From positions 1 to 10,551 of the forward strand of contig QHTZ01000043.1 in assembly GCA_003221005.1 (NCBI GenBank): a stretch of 10,551 nt of DNA, written 5' to 3'. A model generated the notes under the pieces. That model saw only the letters and a list, made by a program, of their open reading frames with translations. It did not search any database and was not told the origin of the DNA. Shown here in pieces: positions 1 to 6,613 of this stretch. This DNA comes from Gemmatimonadota bacterium. Its GTDB lineage: Bacteria > Gemmatimonadota > Gemmatimonadetes > Gemmatimonadales > GWC2-71-9. The position numbers and the translations under genes were made by a program. Every line of letters starts with the position of its first letter. The stretch's first letter is position 1.

Positions 1-2
1 GC

Positions 3-2444
3 TTCGGGCTTGCGATTTTGCTCCAGACGGCCCTGACCCACCCCGCAATCGGACAGGCGATCCCCAAACCCGAGTACGTGACCTATCTGCCGCGGGAAAT
101 CGTCCTCCCGGTGCAGGCGACGCCTGCGAATCGGCAATTCCATCTCTTCGGTGATTCCGAGGCGCCGGGCTACCGCGATGAGGCGCCGCGGGACGGCATC
201 GACGATGCCCGCGAGCGGTGGCTCCGCTCGCTGGCGGTCAGGTTTGCACCCTGGATGGTGCGGAACTCGGTCGATTTCCCGATGGACTTCCGGCGGTTCG
301 TGGAGGGCGGTGATGCGTCCACGCTCTTCATCGATGCATTCGACCTGTCCCAGGCGCGCCCCAGGCTGCTCGGCACGGAGACCATCGATTTCGACCAGCT
401 CGGGGGGATAGCCTGCCGCGGCACCGGCGCCCCGGGAACCATGGGAGACACGACCCCTGACTGCCGACTGCTGCGGCTCATCGACCGGTTCGCGCCTGAG
501 CCGCCTCGGGCGGCGAGCCCGCCTCGGCCGGATCTCGACCTTCGCTACGTCATGTACTTCGATTTTCCCGGACAGGACCCGGCGTCGTGGAACCGGGAGT
601 TCGAGGGGAGCGTACGCGGCTCGATCGCTCGCAAGTACCTCGGCTTTGCAAAGTCGTTCGTGCACCCCTTCGTAAGTGAGGTGCGCGGCACGGGCTTCGA
701 GCTGCCGCGTTACGAGCTCGTCCTCCAGTACTGGTTTTTCTACCCCTACAACGATGCCGGTAACGTCCACGAGGGAGACTGGGAGCACCTGAACGTGGTG
801 GTCACTCCGCGCGGGCAAGGCACGGAGCCGTTGGCCGCGGCCGTGATGTCACGGGTACTCGAAGCGCCGGCCGCACCCGAGGAGCTGATCATTCGCCGGG
901 TGGAGTACTACTTCCACCACTGGGTGTTCAGCTCTGACTACATGACGCCCGACGTCTATGCCCCTCCCGCGGAGTGGGAGCGACAGATGAAGGGGCTGCG
1001 GCAGGAGCGGGTGGGAGAGCGCGAGGTGTGGCGGCAGATTCGGCGCCAGGCGTACCTCGACGAGGCGGAGACGAAGCTCAATTTGCACCCGATCGTGTTC
1101 ATCGGTGGGGACAACCGCGGGTTGCAGCAGCTCATCGCCAGTCCCAGCCGGCTCGGCCGCGCGAGTCACGGGTCCTACCCGTTCCCCGGCCTGTACAAGG
1201 ACGTGGGGCCACAGAATACCGGCGAGCTGGTGAGCACCCGCTGGGACATCTTCCGCGCGCCCCCCGAGTCCACTTCGTCTGAGGCGGACAAGGTCGTCCG
1301 CCTCGACAATCCGGAGCGGCTCGAGATCATCCCCGACTGGGAGCTGGTGCTGCAGCTCGTGCGGACGGATCCAAAGGCGCGCCGGGACTGGGCGTGGCTT
1401 GTGCTGCCGATCCGCTTCGGGTACCCGGCGACCCGATCCCCCTTCGCCGGAATCGTGCGCTACGCCGAGACCGGAAATACCTCGATCCTCGCACCCCCGT
1501 TCAACGGCGGGTGGAACCGCGCCGGGGCGGCGGCGGGTTTCGAGCGCTATCGCCCGCACCGCCTGGCCTCGTTTTTTCCGGCCAGCCAGCAGGACAACTA
1601 CTGGACGGGATGGGGATTCTTCAACCTTACGCTGCCCACGCTCGTGACCCTGCCGCCGTTCGACCTCGCTTTCCGGCTGGTCACCGCCCCGATCCGCGCC
1701 AGCAACCGCCACGCCCACCCGGCGTTCTTCGGCTCCGAAGAGGTTCCATTCCGGTTTATCGGCGTGCCTATCGGGGTCTCCTCAGTCACGGTGCCGAAGG
1801 CGTTCCTGAATCTCCTCGGATTTCCGGAGACCGCCGTGCCGTTTCTGACACAAGTGGCGGCGCTCGCGGCGTCCGACACGTTCTCAGTGAACGTGTCGCC
1901 CCCCGACGTGGACCGCGTGTCGCCCCCTTACTATGGGATCAGCCTCTTTCTCGGTCGCCGGTTCGTGAGCGAGAACACATTGCGGCATTCGCACGGCGCG
2001 CTGCGCGCGGACGTAGCCGTGAGCACGGTCCCCGGGCGCCTTCCCCTCAGCGCCAACCTCGAGATGTGGGAATACACCGGCAGCCTCCGCTACAACATCG
2101 CGCTGGGCGGCCTGCAGCCGTTCGTGAAGGCCGGATACGGGCGCAGCTGGTATCGCGTGACCGACGCGAAATTCAACGGGCAGCTTCTGGGAGACGGCAG
2201 CTCGCGCTGGGTGGGCCGGGCCGCCCTGTTCAACAATCTGCTACCGAACACCTGGCACGTGGGCGCTGGACTCGAGTTCATTCCCGTGCGGGGCGTGGGC
2301 GGGCTCGATTGGGGGTTTCGCGGCGACGTCACAGTGTACAGCCACAACCTCGGACTGGAAAACAAAGAGGGGTCGTTCGTCGTGGCGCAGGATGCGCACG
2401 TGACTCGGATCCACCTCGGCCTCGGGACGACGCTGAGCTTCTAG
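3..2444 (+). CDS. Secreted/outer-membrane protein: Vps62/NPP1-like N-terminal domain plus C-terminal outer-membrane beta-barrel (5' end probably outside the window)
   Basis: The frame is open upstream of the TTG at 18 (FGLAILLQTALTHPAIG-Q reads as the end of a signal peptide). Motifs QYWFFYPYN..HEGDWEH and RASHGSYP resemble Vps62/NPP1-type domains. The C-terminus has amphipathic strands (LQPFVKAGYG, WHVGAGLEF, RIHLGLGTTLSF) ending in Phe. Confidence 0.75.
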   Translation, partial: FGLAILLQTALTHPAIGQAIPKPEYVTYLPREIVLPVQATPANRQFHLFGDSEAPGYRDEAPRDGIDDARERWLRSLAVRFAPWMVRNSVDFPMDFRRFVEGGDASTLFIDAFDLSQARPRLLGTETIDFDQLGGIACRGTGAPGTMGDTTPDCRLLRLIDRFAPEPPRAASPPRPDLDLRYVMYFDFPGQDPASWNREFEGSVRGSIARKYLGFAKSFVHPFVSEVRGTGFELPRYELVLQYWFFYPYNDAGNVHEGDWEHLNVVVTPRGQGTEPLAAAVMSRVLEAPAAPEELIIRRVEYYFHHWVFSSDYMTPDVYAPPAEWERQMKGLRQERVGEREVWRQIRRQAYLDEAETKLNLHPIVFIGGDNRGLQQLIASPSRLGRASHGSYPFPGLYKDVGPQNTGELVSTRWDIFRAPPESTSSEADKVVRLDNPERLEIIPDWELVLQLVRTDPKARRDWAWLVLPIRFGYPATRSPFAGIVRYAETGNTSILAPPFNGGWNRAGAAAGFERYRPHRLASFFPASQQDNYWTGWGFFNLTLPTLVTLPPFDLAFRLVTAPIRASNRHAHPAFFGSEEVPFRFIGVPIGVSSVTVPKAFLNLLGFPETAVPFLTQVAALAASDTFSVNVSPPDVDRVSPPYYGISLFLGRRFVSENTLRHSHGALRADVAVSTVPGRLPLSANLEMWEYTGSLRYNIALGGLQPFVKAGYGRSWYRVTDAKFNGQLLGDGSSRWVGRAALFNNLLPNTWHVGAGLEFIPVRGVGGLDWGFRGDVTVYSHNLGLENKEGSFVVAQDAHVTRIHLGLGTTLSF

Positions 2445-2469
2445 GGGGATAGCGCCAAGACCTCGTCGG

Positions 2470-2475
2470 TATATT
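2470..2475 (+). promoter_or_regulatory. Putative -10 box (TATATT) for the DUF72 pair
   Basis: AT-rich TATATT hexamer in the 41-nt intergenic gap, 10 nt before the ATG at 2486. No clear -35 or Shine-Dalgarno sequence. Confidence 0.4.
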
Positions 2476-2485
2476 TCGACTGCTC

Positions 2486-3454
2486 ATGTCCGGCCGCAGT
2501 CAACCAGGTCTCTTCGACGACGTCGCCGCGCTGCCGCCACCGTCCTCCGATTTGGTGGCGCTCGGCAGTCGCGTCCCGTCCAACATCAAGTTCGGCACGT
2601 CCACTTGGACCTATGACGGCTGGACCGGCGAGGTCTACCGTCGTGACTACCGCGGGGCCCAACCAGCCAACCGGCTCGAAGAGTACGCCCGCTACCCGCT
2701 GTTTCGCACCGTCGGCATCGACAGCGCGTTCTACGATCCACCCTCGGAGGAAGTACTCGCCGCGTACGCGAGATCGCTGCCTGCCGAGTTTCCCTGCGTC
2801 AGCAAGGTGTGGGATCGCATCACCGCCCGGCGCTTGAACCAGGACGGGCGCTGGGGCAATCTCGCGGGACAACGCAACCCCGACTTCCTGAACGCCGACC
2901 TCTTCAAGGAGGCGGTGCTGGGTCCCTACGCTCGCGCGTTCCGCGATCACGCGGCGTGTTTCGTGTTCGAGTTCCAGTCAATGCGGGGGAAGGACCTGCC
3001 CGCCCCCGGCGCTTGGGCCGAGGAGTTGGACAGGTTTCTCGGCCAGCTGCCGCGCGACTTCCGGTACGCCGTCGAGCTGCGCAACCCCGAGCTGCTCGAT
3101 CCGCTGCACGGTGCGGTGCTCGGGCGTCACGGCGTGGCGCACGTGTTCAATTCCTGGACCGAGATGCCGCCGATCGGCGCGCAGCTCGAGCTGCCGTGGG
3201 TGTTCCCGGCCAATTTCACGGTGGCCGGCGCCCTGCTGCGGCCCGGGCGCGCCTACGCGGACGCGGTGAAGCTGTTCGAGCCGTATGACCGGATCCGCGA
3301 GCCGCTCCCGGAGCTGCGGCAGGACCTGGTGCGGCTGATCGTCGAGGCGACGAGCCGCCATCTCGAGGCGCTGGTCCTCGTCAACAACCGGGCCGAGGGA
3401 AACGCGCCTGGCACGATCCGCGCGCTGGCCACGGCGCTCGCGGCCGGCCGGTAG
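2486..3454 (+). CDS. DUF72 (YecE-family) TIM-barrel protein, paralog 1
   Basis: Family motifs FGTSTWTYDGW, LEEYA, TVGIDSAFY, YAVELRN, VNNRAEGNA; 322 aa. Confidence 0.9.
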   Translation: MSGRSQPGLFDDVAALPPPSSDLVALGSRVPSNIKFGTSTWTYDGWTGEVYRRDYRGAQPANRLEEYARYPLFRTVGIDSAFYDPPSEEVLAAYARSLPAEFPCVSKVWDRITARRLNQDGRWGNLAGQRNPDFLNADLFKEAVLGPYARAFRDHAACFVFEFQSMRGKDLPAPGAWAEELDRFLGQLPRDFRYAVELRNPELLDPLHGAVLGRHGVAHVFNSWTEMPPIGAQLELPWVFPANFTVAGALLRPGRAYADAVKLFEPYDRIREPLPELRQDLVRLIVEATSRHLEALVLVNNRAEGNAPGTIRALATALAAGR

Positions 3455-3460
3455 CGGGAC

Positions 3461-4396
3461 ATGGCCGTTCAGCCGCCGCGACCGGAGCTCGCCGCGCTCG
3501 CCGCCGCGCTGCCGCCCAACATCAAGTTCGGCACGTCCACGTGGGCGTGCGACGGGTGGGCCGGCGACGTCTACCACCGTCACTACGCGGGCGCGCAGCC
3601 GCGGCGGCGCCTCGAGGAATACACGGGGTATCCGCTGTTCCGGACGGTCGGGATCAACAGCGGGTTCTACGATCGGCCGTCCGAAGACGTGCTCGCCTCG
3701 TATGCGCGCGTGCTGCCGCCGGGGTTCGCGTGCGTGATCAAGGTGTGGGACCGCATCACCGCGCGGCGCTTCATCCGCGACCCGCGCTGGGGGGACCTGG
3801 CTGGCAGGCAGAATCCGGACTTCCTGAGCGCGCCGCTGTTCAAGGACGCCGTGCTCGCGCCGTATGCGCGGGCGTTCCGCGGCCAGACGCCCTATTTCGT
3901 GTTTCAGTTCCAGGCGATGCGCGGACCCGACCTGCCGAGCGCCCAGCAGTGGGCCGAGTGGCTGGACGGCTTCTTCAGCAAGCTCCCGCAGGACTTTCGC
4001 TACGCGGTCGAGCTCCGCAACCGGCAGCTGCTCAGCGAGCTCCACGGGGAGGTGCTGCGGCGGCATCGAGTCGCCCACGTGTTCAACTCGTGGACCGAGA
4101 TGCCGCCGATCGGCGCGCAGCTCGATCTGCCCTGGACGTTCGCCGGCGGTTTTACCGTAGCCCGCGCCCTTATGAAGCCGGGCCGGAAGTACGGGGACGC
4201 GGTCCGCGCGTTCGAGCCCTACGATCGGGTCCGCGAAGTGCTTCCCGAGCTGCGGGCGGACCTGCTACGGCTCATGTCGGAAGCCGTGGGACGAGGCGCC
4301 GAGGCCTTGATTCACGTCAACAACCGTGCCGAGGGCAACGCGCCGGGCACGATCCGCGCCGTGGTCGAGGCGTGGGTGCAGGCTCGCGGCGGCTAG
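3461..4396 (+). CDS. DUF72 (YecE-family) protein, paralog 2
   Basis: Same motifs (FGTSTWACDGW, TVGINSGFY, YAVELRN, VNNRAEGNA). Colinear with paralog 1 at a 936-nt offset and starts 6 nt after its stop. Confidence 0.9.
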   Translation: MAVQPPRPELAALAAALPPNIKFGTSTWACDGWAGDVYHRHYAGAQPRRRLEEYTGYPLFRTVGINSGFYDRPSEDVLASYARVLPPGFACVIKVWDRITARRFIRDPRWGDLAGRQNPDFLSAPLFKDAVLAPYARAFRGQTPYFVFQFQAMRGPDLPSAQQWAEWLDGFFSKLPQDFRYAVELRNRQLLSELHGEVLRRHRVAHVFNSWTEMPPIGAQLDLPWTFAGGFTVARALMKPGRKYGDAVRAFEPYDRVREVLPELRADLLRLMSEAVGRGAEALIHVNNRAEGNAPGTIRAVVEAWVQARGG

Positions 4397-5499
4397 AGCG
4401 CCAGCTCGGCCTGCGACGCGGGCCGCGTCGCGCGATAGCGGTCCCGCATCCCGTGGTTCACCGGGAACCCAAACTTCGCCTGGAGCCTGCGCACGCGGGC
4501 GTCGAGCGCCGCGGCGTACTCACGCGGCGCGCTCGAGTGCCGCGCGTACGCCCGGGAGTACCGCTCCACGAGGTGCGGGAACTCTGTCTGGAGCACCGGG
4601 AGAAAGCGGTCCCGCACGCCGGCGTACAGCCGCAGCGGCCCGGCGTGCACGAACCTGGCGCCGGCCTCCCGGGCCGCCTGGAAGAGCGCTTCCAGGTGGG
4701 AAACATCGTCCGTCAATCCCGGGAGGACCGGAGCCACGATCAATCCCGCGTTGATCCCGGCGGCGGTGAGCCGCCGCAACGCCCGCAGCCGCGTCGCGGG
4801 TAGCGGCGAGCGCACCTCCATCTTGCGGATGAGCGCGGCGTCCACCGTGATCAGGGAGACGTACACCTCGAGGTCCGAGCGGGCGGCGAGCCGCCGCAGC
4901 ACGTCGCAGTCTCGCGTCACGAGTGGGCTTTTCGTGATGATGCCGACCGAGAGGCCCTCGCAGGCGGCCAGCCGCTCGAGGATCGCCCGCGTCACGCGGA
5001 AGCGCCGCTCGGCGGGCTGATAGGGATCGGTGGCTGTCCCGATCACGAGCGGGGCGGGTTGGCGGTTCGCCGGGTGGGCCGATCGAAAGTACCGCCGCAG
5101 GTCGGCATCGAGCGCGCTGAGCACGTTCTCCTTGACGAAAATCCGGCGCTCGAAAGCCTCCCACCCTCCGGGACCGCGGAATTCGCGGAATTCCTCGTCG
5201 CTCAGGCGTCTCTGGTCGTGGGCCCGCTCCACCACGTAGCGGTGCGCGTAGCGCGCGTAGCAATACGTGCAGCCGAACTCGCACCCCACGTACGGATTGA
5301 TGGACCAGAAATCCATCCCGGTGGCTTGCGGCGAGTTCAGGATCGACTTGGGCGCGAGGGAAACGAACTTCGTGCCGCGGAGACGCTGATCGAGGACCGG
5401 CAAGGCGACGGAAGGACGGAAGGACGGAACGTCGATCACGGGCAACGTCAACTCCCGCTGCTCCTGGCCCAACGTTCCGTCCTTCCGTCGTTCCGTCAT
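4393..5499 (-). CDS. Radical SAM protein, SplB/Rv2578c-like putative DNA repair family
   Basis: INPYVGCEFGCTYCYA carries the CxxxCxxC motif; GTATDPYQPAE and ITKS are typical of this family. AGAGG Shine-Dalgarno-like sequence upstream of the ATG. Confidence 0.9.
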   Translation of the reverse strand: MTERRKDGTLGQEQRELTLPVIDVPSFRPSVALPVLDQRLRGTKFVSLAPKSILNSPQATGMDFWSINPYVGCEFGCTYCYARYAHRYVVERAHDQRRLSDEEFREFRGPGGWEAFERRIFVKENVLSALDADLRRYFRSAHPANRQPAPLVIGTATDPYQPAERRFRVTRAILERLAACEGLSVGIITKSPLVTRDCDVLRRLAARSDLEVYVSLITVDAALIRKMEVRSPLPATRLRALRRLTAAGINAGLIVAPVLPGLTDDVSHLEALFQAAREAGARFVHAGPLRLYAGVRDRFLPVLQTEFPHLVERYSRAYARHSSAPREYAAALDARVRRLQAKFGFPVNHGMRDRYRATRPASQAELAL

Positions 5500-5509
5500 T
5501 CCGTCGCCT
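5403..5509. repeat. Inverted repeat built from GACGGAAN octamers (3 copies versus 4) spanning the radical SAM RBS, start codon and N-terminus
   Basis: 5403-5432 aggcgacggaaggacggaaggacggaacgt is complementary to 5472-5509 acgttccgtccttccgtcgttccgtcattccgtcgcct; the inner 18 bp pair perfectly. Confidence 0.9.
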
Positions 5510-5511
5510 CT

Positions 5512-5658
5512 CTAGCCGCACCTCGCCCACCCGCACTGCGGACACACGAGGCAACCCGCTTGACGCACGAGATGCGCCCCGCAGTCGGGGCAACCGGGCC
5601 GTGGGGACGGGGGACGAGGGAAGGGGGACGGGCGCGGCTGCGGCTCGTGCAAGGGCAT
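5512..5658 (-). CDS. 48-aa cysteine-rich zinc-ribbon microprotein (not in the ORF track), resembling the C-terminal Cys cluster of class II ribonucleotide reductase NrdJ
   Basis: Manual translation: MPLHEPQPRPSPFPRPPSPRPGCPDCGAHLVRQAGCLVCPQCGWARCG*. It has CPxCG and CPxCG knuckles plus two extra Cys. It lies between the predicted promoter and the radical SAM gene, stopping 12 nt before its ATG. Confidence 0.8.
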   Translation of the reverse strand: MPLHEPQPRPSPFPRPPSPRPGCPDCGAHLVRQAGCLVCPQCGWARCG

Positions 5659-5663
5659 TGGCG

Positions 5664-5711
5664 TTCGGGAAATAGTGCACCCGAATATATCCCGAAGCCC
5701 ACTATCGGCAA
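5664..5711 (-). promoter_or_regulatory. Sigma70-type promoter (TTGCCG-N16-TATATT) overlapped by a TTCGGG-N5-TTCGGG direct repeat plus an inverted third copy; candidate repressor (SOS-type) operator
   Basis: On the minus strand, -35 is at 5711-5706 and -10 at 5689-5684. On the plus strand, CCCGAA occurs at 5680-5685 and 5691-5696 and TTCGGG at 5664-5669. Confidence 0.6.
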
Positions 5712-5737
5712 GGGTTGCTGCCGGTTAGTGTAACCCG

Positions 5738-6613
5738 ATGCTGAACAATCGGATAGCCTTCCAGGGCGAGCCCGGCGCCTATAGCGAGGAGGCGCTCTTC
5801 CTGCTGCACCCCGACGCCGCATCGCTCCCCTGTCGCGAGTTCCGCGACGTCGCCGCCGCGGTGCTCGAGTCCCGCGCGCGCTACGGACTGCTGCCGATCG
5901 AGAACTCACTCGTGGGGTCGATCGCGACCAACTTCGATCTGATCGCCGACTCGGGGCTCGCGATCGTGGGGGAGGTCGTGAGCCCCGTGCATCACTGCCT
6001 GCTCGCCGTGCGTGGCGCGGCCCGCGACACGCTGCGGCGCGTGCTCTCCCATCCCGTCGCGCTGGCGCAGTGCGAGCGCTTCCTCTCCGGGTTGGCGGAC
6101 GTGGAGGTCGTGGCGTTCTACGATACGGCGGGTGCGGCGGCGGAGGTCGCGCGCCGCAACGAGCGCACGGTGGGCGCCGTCGCCGGCGCGCTCGCCGCGC
6201 GCCGCTACGGCCTCGACGTCCTGGTCGAGCGGATCGAGGACGAGCCACACAACCAGACGCGGTTCCTGCTGGTGGGCCGGGAGCCGGCGCCTCCAGCGCC
6301 TGAAGCCCCGGCGAAGACAACCCTACGCCTGCGGCTGCCGCACCGGCCGGGTACGCTGGCGCACGCGCTCGCGCCGTTCGCCGAGAAGGGCCTGAACCTC
6401 ACCAAGCTCGAAAGCCGCCCCGACCGGGCAACGCCGTGGCAGTATCTCTTCTATCTCGATGTGGAGGGGCGGATCGCGGACCCTGCGATGCAAGCGGTGC
6501 TCGCTGCGTTGCGGTCGCAGGGAGCGGAGATCAAGCTCCTGGGTGACTACCCGAAGTTTGCGCCCCCCCCGCCCCCCCCGCCCCCCCCGCCCCCGTCACC
6601 GCCCGCCAGATGA
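5738..6613 (+). CDS. pheA: Prephenate dehydratase with C-terminal ACT domain
   Basis: IAFQGEPGAYSE, PIENSLVGS, SHPVALAQC, NQTRF, PGTL, NLTKLESRP, YLFYLD, LLGDYP. Monofunctional (no chorismate mutase domain). Confidence 0.95.
   Translation: MLNNRIAFQGEPGAYSEEALFLLHPDAASLPCREFRDVAAAVLESRARYGLLPIENSLVGSIATNFDLIADSGLAIVGEVVSPVHHCLLAVRGAARDTLRRVLSHPVALAQCERFLSGLADVEVVAFYDTAGAAAEVARRNERTVGAVAGALAARRYGLDVLVERIEDEPHNQTRFLLVGREPAPPAPEAPAKTTLRLRLPHRPGTLAHALAPFAEKGLNLTKLESRPDRATPWQYLFYLDVEGRIADPAMQAVLAALRSQGAEIKLLGDYPKFAPPPPPPPPPPPSPPAR

Noticed and set aside
1892-1927. 12-bp direct repeat cgtgtcgccccc (VSPP..VSPP) in the first ORF
   Set aside because: Two short copies in GC-rich coding sequence; no evidence of function.
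4393-5499. Assigning the symbol splB (true spore photoproduct lyase)
   Set aside because: Motifs fit the broader Rv2578c/SplB-like family and there is no sporulation context, so the substrate cannot be inferred.
5403-5509. Repeats as a CRISPR array or IS terminal inverted repeats
   Set aside because: Units are 8 nt with no spacers; there are no cas or transposase genes and no target-site duplication.
5512-5658. Microprotein as a decayed nrdJ pseudogene remnant
   Set aside because: No other RNR-like sequence is adjacent. The ORF has its own ATG, a promoter just upstream and an intact Cys pattern, which fits a stand-alone gene better, although a remnant is not excluded.
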